From: Eledone cirrhosa
Taxonomy: Eukaryota
Direction of reading: 5' to 3'
DNA length: 64,000 nt
NCBI GenBank assembly: GCA_964016885.1
Contig: OZ024741.1
Location: forward strand, 13,640,001-13,704,000
Positions 37,201 through 52,200 of this stretch are shown in pieces. The position numbers and the translations under genes were made by a program. The notes beneath the pieces are model-generated. The model saw only the letters and a program-made list of their open reading frames with translations, ran no database searches and was not told the origin of the DNA. How positions within the stretch are numbered: position 1 is the stretch's first letter; each line of letters opens with the position of its first letter.

Positions 37201-40200
37201 AGGCCACGTACCTCCATCACCCATACCACTACACCACGTACCTCCATCACCCAAACCACTAGGCCACGTACCTCCATCACCCATACCACTAGGCCACGTA
37301 CCTCCATCACCCAAACCACTAGGCCACATACCTCCATCACCCATACCACTAGGTCATGTACCTCCATCACCCATACCACTAGGCCACGTACCTCCATCAC
37401 CCATACCACTACACCACGTGCCTCCATTACCCATACCACTAGGCCACGTACCTCGATCACCCAAACCACTAGGCCACGTACCTCCATCACCCATACCACT
37501 AGGCCACGTACCTCCATCACCCATACCACTAGGCCACCTACCTCCATCACCCATACCACTAGGCCACGTACCTCCATCACCCAAACCACTACGTCACATA
37601 CCTCCATCACCCATACCACTAGGCCACGTACCTCCATCACCCAAACCACTAGGCCACGTACCTCCATCACCCATACCACTAGGCCACCTACCTCCATCAC
37701 CCATACCACTACGCCACATACCTCCATCACCCAAACCACTACGCCACATACCTCCATCACCCATACCACGAGGTCGTGTACCTCCATCACCCATACCACT
37801 AGGTCGTGTACCTCCATCACACATACCACTAGGCCACGTACCTCCATCACCCACACCACTACGCCACACATCTCAATAACCCATACCACTAGGTCATGTA
37901 CCTCCATCACCCATACCACTAGGCTACGTACCTCCATCACCCATACCACTAGGCTACGTACCTCCATCACCCATACCACTAGGCTACGTACCTCCATCAC
38001 CCATACCACTAGGTCACGTACCTCCATCACCCATACCACTAGGCTACGTACCTCCATCACCCATACAACTACGCCACGTACCTCCATCACCCATACCACT
38101 AGGCCACTTACCTCCATCACCCATACCACTAGGCCACATACCTCCATCAACAATACCACTAGGCCACGTACCTCCATCACCCAAACCACTAGGCCACGTA
38201 CCTCCATCACCCAAACCACTAGGCCACATACCTCCATCACCCATACCACTAGGTCATGTACCTCCATCACCCATACCACTAGGCCACGTACCTCCATCAC
38301 CCATACCACTACACCACGTACCTCCATCACCCAAACCACTAGGCCACGTACCTCCATCACCCATACCACTAGGCCACATACCTCCATCACCCATACCACT
38401 AGGTCGTGTACCTCCATCACCCATACCACTACGCCACATATCTCCATAACCCATACCACTAGGCCACGTACCTCCATCACCCATACCACTAGGCCACGTA
38501 CCTCCATCACCCAAACCACTAGGCCACATACCTCCATCACCCATACCACTAGGTCATGTACCTCCATCACCCATACCACTACACCACGTACCTCCATCAC
38601 CCATACCACTAGGCCACGTACCTCGATCACCCAAACCACTAGGCCACGTACCTCCATCACCCATACCACTAGGCCACGTACCTCCATCACCCATACCACT
38701 AGGCCACCTACCTCCATCACCCATACCACTACGCCACATACCTCCATCACTCAAACCACTACGCCACATACCTCCATCACCCATACCACGAGGTCGTGTA
38801 CCTCCATCACCCATACCACTAGGTCGTGTACCTCCATCACCCATACCACTAGGCCACGTACCTCCATCACCCACACCACTACGCAACACATCTCAATAAC
38901 CCATACCACTAGGTCATGTACCTCCATCACCCATACCACTAGGCTACGTACCTCCATCACCCATACCACTAGGCTACGTACCTCCATCACCCATACCACT
39001 ACGCTACGTACCTCCATCAGCCATACCACTAGGCCACTTACCTCCATCACCCATACCACTAGGCCACATACCTCCATCACCCATACCACTAGGCCACGTA
39101 CCTCCATCACCCAAACCACTAGGCCACGTACCTCCATCACCCAAACCACTAGGCCACGTACCTCCATCACCCATACCACTAGGCCACCTACCTCCATCAC
39201 CCATACCACTACGCCACATACTTCCATCACCCAAACCACTACGCCACCTACCTCCATCACCAATACCACTAGGTCGTGTACCTCCATCACCCAAACCACT
39301 ACGCCACGTACCTCCATCACCCAAACCACTAGGCCACCTACCTCCATCACCCAAACCACTACGCCACCTACCTCCATCACCCATACCACTAGGCCACGTA
39401 CCTCCATCACCCATACCACTACGCCACATACCTCCATCACCCAAACCACTACGCCACCTATCTCTAACACCCATACCACTAGGCCACCTACCTCCATCAC
39501 CCATACCACTAGGCCACGTACCTCCATCACCCAAACCACTAGGCCACGTACCTCCATCACCCATACCACTAGGCCACGTACCTCCATTACCCATACCACT
39601 AGGCCACGTACCTCCATCACCCATACCACTAGGCCACCTACCTCCATCACCCATACCACTAGGCCACGTACCTCCATCACCCATACCACTAGGCCACCTA
39701 CCTCCATCACCCATACCACTAGGCCACGTACCTCCATCACTCAAACCACTAGGTCACATATCTCCATCACCCATACCACTAGGTCGTGTACCTCCATCAC
39801 CCATACCACTAGGCCACGTACCTCCATCACCCATACCACTAGGCCACGTGCCTCCATCACTCAAACCACTAGGTCACGTATCTCCATCACCCATACCACT
39901 AGGCCACCTACCTCCATCACCCATACCACTAGGCCATGTACCTCCATCACCCAAACCACTAGGCCACGTACCTCCATAACCCAAACCACTATGCCACGTA
40001 CCTCCATCACCCAAACCACTAGGCCACGTACCTCCATAACCCAAACCACTATGCCACGTACCTCCATAACCCAAACCACTATGCCACGTACCTCCATCAC
40101 CCAAACCACTAGGCCACGTACCTCCATCACCCATACCACTAGGCCACGTACCTCCATCACCCAAACCACTAGGCCACATACCTCCATCACCCATACCACT

Positions 40201-43200
40201 AGGCCACGTACCTCCATCACCCATACCACTACGCCACATACCTCCATCACCCATACAACTAGGTCATGTACCTCCATCACCCATACCACTAGGCCACGTA
40301 CCTCCATCACCCAGACCACTGGGCCACATACCTCCATCACCCAAACCACTAGGCCACGTACCTCCATCACCCATACCACTAGGCCACCTACCTCCATCAC
40401 CCATACAACTACGCCACATTCCTCCATCACCCAAACCACTACCCCACATACCTCCATCACCCATACCACTAGGTCGTGTACCTCCATCACCCATACCACT
40501 AGGTCGTGTACCTCCATCACCCATACCACTAGGCCACGTACCTCCATCACCCACACCACTACGCCACATATCTCAATAACCCATACCACTAGGTCATGTA
40601 CCTCCATCACCCATACCACTAGGCTACGTACCTCCATCACCCATACCACTAGGCTACGTACCTCCATCACCCATAAAACTAGGCTACGTACCTCCATCAC
40701 CCATACCACTAGGCCACGTACCTCCATCACCCATACCACTAGGCTACGTACCTCCATCACCCATACCACTACGCCACGTACCTCCATCACCCATACCACT
40801 AGGCCACGTACCTCCATCACCCATACCACTAGGCCACATACCTCCATCACCCATACCACTAGGCCACGTACCTCTATCACCCAAACCACTAGGCCACGTA
40901 CCTCCATCACCCAAACCACTAGGCCACGTACCTCCATCACCCATACCATTAGGCCACCTACCTCCATCACCCATACCACTACGCCACATACCTCCATCAC
41001 CCAAACCACTACGCCACCTACCTCCACCCATACCACTACGCCACGTACCTCCATCACCCATACCACTACGCCACCTACCTCCATCACCCAAACCACTACG
41101 CCACCTACCTCCATCACCCATACCACTAGGTCTGTACCTCCATCACCCAAACCACTACGCCACGTACCTCCATCACCCAAACCACTACGCCACATACTTC
41201 CATCACCCATACCACTAGGCCACATACCTCCATCACCCATAACACTAGGTCGTGTACCTCCATCACCCAAACCACTACGCCACGTACCTCCATCACCCAA
41301 ACCACTAGGCCACCTACCTCCATCACCCAAACCACTACGCCACCTACCTCCATCACCCATACCACTAGGCCACGTACCTCCATCACCCATACCACTACGC
41401 CACATACCTCCATCACCCAAACCACTTCGCCACCTACCTCCATCACCCATACCACTAGGCCACCTACCTCCATCACCCATACCACTAGGCCACGTACCTC
41501 CATCACCCAAACCACTAGGCCACGTACCTCCATCACCCATACCACTAGGCCACATACCTCCATCAACAATACCACTAGGCCACATACCTCCATCACCCAT
41601 ACCACTAGGTCTGTACCTCCATCACCCAAACCACTACGCCACGTACCTCCATCACCCAAACCACTACGCCACATACTTCCATCACCCATACCACTAGGCC
41701 ACATACCTCCATCACCCATAACACTAGGTCGTGTACCTCCATCACCCAAACCACTACGCCACGTACCTCCATCACCCAAACCACTAGGCCACCTACCTCC
41801 ATCACCCAAACCACTACGCCACCTACCTCCATCACCCATACCACTAGGCCACGTACCTCCATCACCCAAACCACTAGGCCACGTACCTCCATCACCCAAA
41901 CCACTAGGCCACATACCTCCATCACCCATACCACTAGGTCATGTACCTCCATCACCCATACCACTAGGCCACGTACCTCCATCACCCATACCACTACACC
42001 ACGTACCTCCATCACCCAAACCACTAGGCCACGTACCTCCATCACCCATACCACTAGGCCACATACCTCCATCACCCATACCACTAGGTCGTGTACCTCC
42101 ATCACCCATACCACTACGCCACATATCTCCATAACCCATACCACTAGGTCACGTACCTCCATCACCCATACCACTAGGCCACGTACCTCCATCACCCAAA
42201 CCACTAGGCCACATACCTCCATCACCCATACCACTAGGTCATGTACCTCCATCACCCATACCACTACACCACGTACCTCCATCACCCATACCACTAGGCC
42301 ACGTACCTCGATCACCCAAACCACTAGGCCACGTACCTCCATCACCCAAACCACTAGGCCACGTACCTCCATCACCCATACCACTAGGCCACATACCTCC
42401 ATCACCCATACCACTAGGCCATGTACCTCCATCACCCATACAACTAGGTCATGTACCTCCATCACCCAAACCACTGGGCCACGTACCTCCATCACCCAAA
42501 CCACTAGGCCACGTACCTCCATCACCCATACCACTAGGCCACCTACCTCCATCACCCATACCACTACGCCACATACCTCCATCACCCAAACCACTACGCC
42601 ACATACCTCCATCACCCATACCACTAGGTCGTGTACCTCCATCACCCATACCACTAGGCCACGTACCTCCATCACCCACACCACTACGCAACACATCTCA
42701 ATAACCCATACCACTAGGTCATGTACCTACATCACCCATACCACTAGGCTACGTACCTCCATCACCCATACCACTAGGCTACGTACCTCCATCACCCATA
42801 CCACTTGGCCACGTACCTCCATCACCCTTACCACTAGGCTACGTACCTCCATCACCCATACCACTACGCCACGTACCTCCATCACCCATACCACTAGGCC
42901 ACTTACCTCCATCACCCATACCACTAGGCCACATACCTCCATCACCCATACCACTAGGCCACGTACCTCCATCACCCAAACCACTAGGCCACGTACCTCA
43001 ATCACCCAAACCACTAGGCCACGTACCTCCATCACCCATACCACTAGGCCACCTACCTCCATCACCCATACCACTACGCCACATACCTCCATTACCCAAA
43101 CCACTACGCCACCTACCTCCATCACCCAAACCACTACGCCACCTACCTCCATCACCAATACCACTAGGTCGTGTACCTCCATCACCCAAAACACTACGCC

Positions 43201-46200
43201 ACGTACCTCCATCACCCAAACCACTACGCCACATACCTCCATCACCCATACCACTAGGCCACATACCTCCATCGCCCATACCACTAGGTCGTGTACCTCC
43301 ATCACCCAAACCACTACGCCACGTACCTCCATCACCCAAACCACTAGGCCACCTACCTCCATCACCCAAACCACTACGCCACCTACCTCCATCACCCATA
43401 CCACTAGGCCACGTACCTCCATCACCCATACCACTACGCCACATACCTCCATCACCCAAACCACTACGCCACCTACCTCCATCACCCATACCACTAGGCC
43501 ACCTACCTCCATCACCCATACCACTAGGCCACGTACCTCCATCACCCAAACCACTAGGCCACGTACCTCCATCACCCATACCACTAGGCCACGTACCTCC
43601 ATTACCCATACCACTAGGCCACGTACCTCCATCACCCATACCACTAGGCCACCTACTTCCATCACCCATACCACTAGGCCACGTACCTCCATCACCCATA
43701 CCACTAGGCCACCTACCTCCATCACCCATACCACTAGGCCACGTACCTCCATCACTCAAACCACTAGGTCACATATCTCCATCACCCATACCACTAGGTC
43801 GTGTACCTCCATCACCCATACCACTAGGCCACGTACCTCCATCACCCATACCACTAGGCCACGTACCTCCATCACTCAAACCACTAGGTCACGTATCTCC
43901 ATCACCCATACCACTAGGCCACCTACCTCCATCACCCATACCACTAGGCCACGTACCTCCATCACCCAAACCACTACGTCACATACCTCCATCACCCATA
44001 CCACTAGGCCACGTACCTCCATCACCCAAACCACTAGGCCACGTACCTCCATCACCCATACCACTAGGCCACCTACCTCCATCACCCATACCACTACGCC
44101 ACATACCTCCATCACCCAAACCACTACGCCACATACCTCCATCACCCATACCACGAGGTCGTGTACCTCCATCACCCATACCACTAGGTCGTGTACCTCC
44201 ATCACACATACCACTAGGCCACGTACCTCCATCACCCACACCACTACGCCACACATCTCAATAACCCATACCACTAGGTCATGTACCTCCATCACCCATA
44301 CCACTAGGCTACGTACCTCCATCACCCATACCACTAGGCTACGTACCTCCATCACCCATACCACTAGGCTACGTACCTCCATCACCCATACCACTAGGTC
44401 ACGTACCTCCATCACCCATACCACTAGGCTACGTACCTCCATCACCCATACAACTACGCCACGTACCTCCATCACCCATACCACTAGGCCACTTACCTCC
44501 ATCACCCATACCACTAGGCCACATACCTCCATCAACAATACCACTAGGCCACGTACCTCCATCACCCAAACCACTAGGCCACGTACCTCCATCACCCAAA
44601 CCACTAGGCCACATACCTCCATCACCCATACCACTAGGTCATGTACCTCCATCACCCATACCACTAGGCCACGTACCTCCATCACCCATACCACTACACC
44701 ACGTACCTCCATCACCCAAACCACTAGGCCACGTACCTCCATCACCCATACCACTAGGCCACATACCTCCATCACCCATACCACTAGGTCGTGTACCTCC
44801 ATCACCCATACCACTACGCCACATATCTCCATAACCCATACCACTAGGCCACGTACCTCCATCACCCATACCACTAGGCCACGTACCTCCATCACCCAAA
44901 CCACTAGGCCACATACCTCCATCACCCATACCACTAGGTCATGTACCTCCATCACCCATACCACTACACCACGTACCTCCATCACCCATACCACTAGGCC
45001 ACGTACCTCGATCACCCAAACCACTAGGCCACGTACCTCCATCACCCATACCACTAGGCCACGTACCTCCATCACCCATACCACTAGGCCACCTACCTCC
45101 ATCACCCATACCACTACGCCACATACCTCCATCACTCAAACCACTACGCCACATACCTCCATCACCCATACCACGAGGTCGTGTACCTCCATCACCCATA
45201 CCACTAGGTCGTGTACCTCCATCACCCATACCACTAGGCCACGTACCTCCATCACCCACACCACTACGCAACACATCTCAATAACCCATACCACTAGGTC
45301 ATGTACCTCCATCACCCATACCACTAGGCTACGTACCTCCATCACCCATACCACTAGGCTACGTACCTCCATCACCCATACCACTACGCTACGTACCTCC
45401 ATCACCCAAACCACTAGGCCACGTACCTCCATCACCCATACCACTAGGCCACCTACCTCCATCACCCATACCACTACGCCACATACTTCCATCACCCAAA
45501 CCACTACGCCACCTACCTCCATCACCAATACCACTAGGTCGTGTACCTCCATCACCCAAACCACTACGCCACGTACCTCCATCACCCAAACCACTAGGCC
45601 ACCTACCTCCATCACCCAAACCACTACGCCACCTACCTCCATCACCCATACCACTAGGCCACGTACCTCCATCACCCATACCACTACGCCACATACCTCC
45701 ATCACCCAAACCACTACGCCACCTATCTCTAACACCCATACCACTAGGCCACCTACCTCCATCACCCATACCACTAGGCCACGTACCTCCATCACCCAAA
45801 CCACTAGGCCACGTACCTCCATCACCCATACCACTAGGCCACGTACCTCCATTACCCATACCACTAGGCCACGTACCTCCATCACCCATACCACTAGGCC
45901 ACCTACCTCCATCACCCATACCACTAGGCCACGTACCTCCATCACCCATACCACTAGGCCACCTACCTCCATCACCCATAACACTAGGCCACGTACCTCC
46001 ATCACTCAAACCACTAGGTCACATATCTCCATCACCCATACCACTAGGTCGTGTACCTCCATCACCCATACCACTAGGCCACGTACCTCCATCACCCATA
46101 CCACTAGGCCACGTGCCTCCATCACTCAAACCACTAGGTCACGTATCTCCATCACCCATACCACTAGGCCACCTACCTCCATCACCCATACCACTAGGCC

Positions 46201-49200
46201 ATGTACCTCCATCACCCAAACCACTAGGCCACGTACCTCCATAACCCAAACCACTATGCCACGTACCTCCATCACCCAAACCACTAGGCCACGTACCTCC
46301 ATAACCCAAACCACTATGCCACGTACCTCCATAACCCAAACCACTATGCCACGTACCTCCATCACCCAAACCACTAGGCCACGTACCTCCATCACCCATA
46401 CCACTAGGCCACGTACCTCCATCACCCAAACCACTAGGCCACATACCTCCATCACCCATACCACTAGGCCACGTACCTCCATCACCCATACCACTACGCC
46501 ACATACCTCCATCACCCATACAACTAGGTCATGTACCTCCATCACCCATACCACTAGGCCACGTACCTCCATCACCCAGACCACTGGGCCACATACCTCC
46601 ATCACCCAAACCACTAGGCCACGTACCTCCATCACCCATACCACTAGGCCACCTACCTCCATCACCCATACCACTACGCCACATTCCTCCATCACCCAAA
46701 CCACTACCCCACATACCTCCATCACCCATACCACTAGGTCGTGTACCTCCATCACCCATACCACTAGGTCGTGTACCTCCATCACCCATACCACTAGGCC
46801 ACGTACCTCCATCACCCACACCACTACGCCACATATCTCAATAACCCATACCACTAGGTCATGTACCTCCATCACCCATACCACTAGGCTACGTACCTCC
46901 ATCACCCATACCACTAGGCTACGTACCTCCATCACCCATAAAACTAGGCTACGTACCTCCATCACCCATACCACTAGGCCACGTACCTCCATCACCCATA
47001 CCACTAGGCTACGTACCTCCATCACCCATACCACTACGCCACGTACCTCCATCACCCATACCACTAGGCCACGTACCTCCATCACCCATACCACTAGGCC
47101 ACATACCTCCATCACCCATACCACTAGGCCACGTACCTCTATCACCCAAACCACTAGGCCACGTACCTCCATCACCCAAACCACTAGGCCACGTACCTCC
47201 ATCACCCATACCATTAGGCCACCTACCTCCATCACCCATACCACTACGCCACATACCTCCATCACCCAAACCACTACGCCACCTACCTCCACCCATACCA
47301 CTACGCCACGTACCTCCATCACCCATACCACTACGCCACCTACCTCCATCACCCAAACCACTACGCCACCTACCTCCATCACCCATACCACTAGGTCTGT
47401 ACCTCCATCACCCAAACCACTACGCCACGTACCTCCATCACCCAAACCACTACGCCACATACTTCCATCACCCATACCACTAGGCCACATACCTCCATCA
47501 CCCATAACACTAGGTCGTGTACCTCCATCACCCAAACCACTACGCCACGTACCTCCATCACCCAAACCACTAGGCCACCTACCTCCATCACCCAAACCAC
47601 TACGCCACCTACCTCCATCACCCATACCACTAGGCCACGTACCTCCATCACCCATACCACTACGCCACATACCTCCATCACCCAAACCACTTCGCCACCT
47701 ACCTCCATCACCCATACCACTAGGCCACCTACCTCCATCACCCATACCACTAGGCCACGTACCTCCATCACCCAAACCACTAGGCCACGTACCTCCATCA
47801 CCCATACCACTAGGCCACATACCTCCATCAACAATACCACTAGGCCACATACCTCCATCACCCATACCACTAGGTCTGTACCTCCATCACCCAAACCACT
47901 ACGCCACGTACCTCCATCACCCAAACCACTACGCCACATACTTCCATCACCCATACCACTAGGCCACATACCTCCATCACCCATAACACTAGGTCGTGTA
48001 CCTCCATCACCCAAACCACTACGCCACGTACCTCCATCACCCAAACCACTAGGCCACCTACCTCCATCACCCAAACCACTACGCCACCTACCTCCATCAC
48101 CCATACCACTAGGCCACGTACCTCCATCACCCAAACCACTAGGCCACGTACCTCCATCACCCAAACCACTAGGCCACATACCTCCATCACCCATACCACT
48201 AGGTCATGTACCTCCATCACCCATACCACTAGGCCACGTACCTCCATCACCCATACCACTACACCACGTACCTCCATCACCCAAACCACTAGGCCACGTA
48301 CCTCCATCACCCATACCACTAGGCCACATACCTCCATCACCCATACCACTAGGTCGTGTACCTCCATCACCCATACCACTACGCCACATATCTCCATAAC
48401 CCATACCACTAGGTCACGTACCTCCATCACCCATACCACTAGGCCACGTACCTCCATCACCCAAACCACTAGGCCACATACCTCCATCACCCATACCACT
48501 AGGTCATGTACCTCCATCACCCATACCACTACACCACGTACCTCCATCACCCATACCACTAGGCCACGTACCTCGATCACCCAAACCACTAGGCCACGTA
48601 CCTCCATCACCCAAACCACTAGGCCACGTACCTCCATCACCCATACCACTAGGCCACATACCTCCATCACCCATACCACTAGGCCATGTACCTCCATCAC
48701 CCATACAACTAGGTCATGTACCTCCACCCAAACCACTGGGCCACGTACCTCCATCACCCAAACCACTAGGCCACGTACCTCCATCACCCATACCACTAGG
48801 CCACCTACCTCCATCACCCATACCACTACGCCACATACCTCCATCACCCAAACCACTACGCCACATACCTCCATCACCCATACCACTAGGTCGTGTACCT
48901 CCATCACCCATACCACTAGGCCACGTACCTCCATCACCCACACCACTACGCAACACATCTCAATAACCCATACCACTAGGTCATGTACCTACATCACCCA
49001 TACCACTAGGCTACGTACCTCCATCACCCATACCACTAGGCTACGTACCTCCATCACCCATACCACTTGGCCACGTACCTCCATCACCCTTACCACTAGG
49101 CTACGTACCTCCATCACCCATACCACTACGCCACGTACCTCCATCACCCATACCACTAGGCCACTTACCTCCATCACCCATACCACTAGGCCACATACCT

Positions 49201-52200
49201 CCATCACCCATACCACTAGGCCACGTACCTCCATCACCCAAACCACTAGGCCACGTACCTCAATCACCCAAACCACTAGGCCACGTACCTCCATCACCCA
49301 TACCACTAGGCCACCTACCTCCATCACCCATACCACTACGCCACCTACCTCCATCACCCAAACCACTACGCCACCTACCTCCATCACCCAAACCACTACG
49401 CCACCTACCTCCATCACCAATACCACTAGGTCGTGTACCTCCATCACCCAAAACACTACGCCACGTACCTCCATCACCCAAACCACTACGCCACATACCT
49501 CCATCACCCATACCACTAGGCCACATACCTCCATCGCCCATACCACTAGGTCGTGTACCTCCATCACCCAAACCACTACGCCACGTACCTCCATCACCCA
49601 AACCACTAGGCCACCTACCTCCATCACCCAAACCACTACGCCACCTACCTCCATCACCCATACCACTAGGCCACGTACCTCCATCACCCATACCACTACG
49701 CCACATACCTCCATCACCCAAACCACTACGCCACCTACCTCCATCACCCATACCACTAGGCCACCTACCTCCATCACCCATACCACTAGGCCACGTACCT
49801 CCATCACCCAAACCACTAGGCCACGTACCTCCATCACCCATACCACTAGGCCACGTACCTCCATTACCCATACCACTAGGCCACGTACCTCCATCACCCA
49901 TACCACTAGGCCACCTACTTCCATCACCCATACCACTAGGCCACGTACCTCCATCACCCATACCACTAGGCCACCTACCTCCATCACCCATACCACTAGG
50001 CCACGTACCTCCATCACTCAAACCACTAGGTCACATATCTCCATCACCCATACCACTAGGTCGTGTACCTCCATCACCCATACCACTAGGCCACGTACCT
50101 CCATCACCCATACCACTAGGCCACGTACCTCCATCACTCAAACCACTAGGTCACGTATCTCCATCACCCATACCACTAGGCCACCTACCTCCATCACCCA
50201 TACCACTAGGTCATGTACCTCCATCACCCAAACCACTAGGCCACGTACCTCCATAACCCAAACCACTATGCCACGTACCTCCATCACCCAAACCACAAGG
50301 CCACGTACCTCCATCACCCATACCACTAGGCCACGTACCTCCATCACCCAAACCACTAGGCCACACACCTCCATCACCCATACCACTAGGCCACGTACCT
50401 CCATCACCCATACCACTACGCCACATACCTCCATCACCCATACAACTAGGTCATGTACCTCCATCACCCATACCACTAGGCCACGTACCTCCATCACCCA
50501 AACCACTGGGCCACATACCTCCATCACCCAAACCACTAGGCCACGTACCTCCATCACCCATACCACTAGGCCACCTACCTCCATCACCCATACCACTACG
50601 CCACATACCTCCATCACCCAAACCACTACGCCACATACCTCCATCACCCATACCACTAGGTCGTGTACCTCCATCACCCATACCAATAGGTCATGTACCT
50701 CCATCACCCATACCACTAGGCTACGTACCTCCATCACCCATACCACTAGGCTACGTACCTCCATCACCCATAAAACTAGGCTACGTACCTCCATCACCCA
50801 TACCACTAGGCCACGTACCTCCATCACCCATACCACTAGGCTACGTACCTCCATCACCCATACCACTACGCCACGTACCTCCATCACCCATACCACTAGG
50901 CCACGTACCTCCATCACCCATACCACTAGGCCACATACCTCCATCACCCATACCACTAGGCCACGTACCTCCATCACCCAAACCACTAGGCCACGTACCT
51001 CCATCACCCAAACCACTAGGCCACGTACCTCCATCACCCATACCATTAGGCCACCTACCTCCATCACCCATACCACTACGCCACATACCTCCATCACCCA
51101 AACCACTACGCCACCTACCTCCACCCATACCACTACTCCACCTACCTCCATCACCCATACCACTAGGTCTGTACCTCCATCACCCAAACAACTACGCCAC
51201 GTACCTCCATCACCCAAACCACTACGCCACATACCTCCATCACCCATACCACTAGGCCACATACCTCCATCACCCATAGCACTAGGTCGTGTACCTCCAT
51301 CACCCAAACCACTACGCCACGTACCTCCATCTCCCAAACCACTAGGCCACCTACCTCCATCACCCAAACCACTACGCCACCTACCTCCATCACCCATACC
51401 ACTAGGCCACGTACCTCCATCACCCATACCACTACGCCACATACCTCCATCACCCAAACCACTTCGCCACCTACCTCCATCACCCATACCACTAGGCCAC
51501 CTACCTCCATCATCCATACCACTAGGCCACGTACCTCCATCACCCATACCACTAGGCCACCTACCTCCATCACCAATACCACTAGGCCACGTACCTCCAT
51601 CACTCAAACCACTAGGTCACATATCTCCATCACCCATACCACTAGGTCGTGTACCTCCATCACCCATACCACTAGGCCACGTACCTCCATCACCCAAACC
51701 ACTGGGCCACGTACCTCCATCACCCAAACCACTAGGCCACATACCTCCATCACCCAAACCACTAGGCCACGTACCTCCATCACCCATACCACTAGGCCAC
51801 CTACCTCCATCACCCATACCACTACGCCACATACCTCCATCACCCAAACCACTACGCCACATACCTCCATCACCCATACCACTAGGTCGTGTACCTCCAT
51901 CACCCATACCAATAGGTCATGTACCTCCATCACCCATACCACTAGGCTACGTACCTCCATCACCCATACCACTAGGCTACGTACCTCCATCACCCATAAA
52001 ACTAGGCTACGTACCTCCATCACCCATACCACTAGGCCACGTACCTCCATCACCCATACCACTAGGCTACGTACCTCCATCACCCATACCACTACGCCAC
52101 GTACCTCCATCACCCATACCACTAGGCCACGTACCTCCATCACCCATACCACTAGGCCACATACCTCCATCACCCATACCACTAGGCCACGTACCTCCAT

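Noticed and set aside
31138-41697. 3519-aa Thr/Ser/Pro-rich mucin-like ORF and its downstream relatives
   Set aside because: The ATG lies inside an antisense SINE, there is no signal peptide or mucin domain, the unit is a SINE head, and 1-bp frameshifting variants are copied repeatedly through the array.
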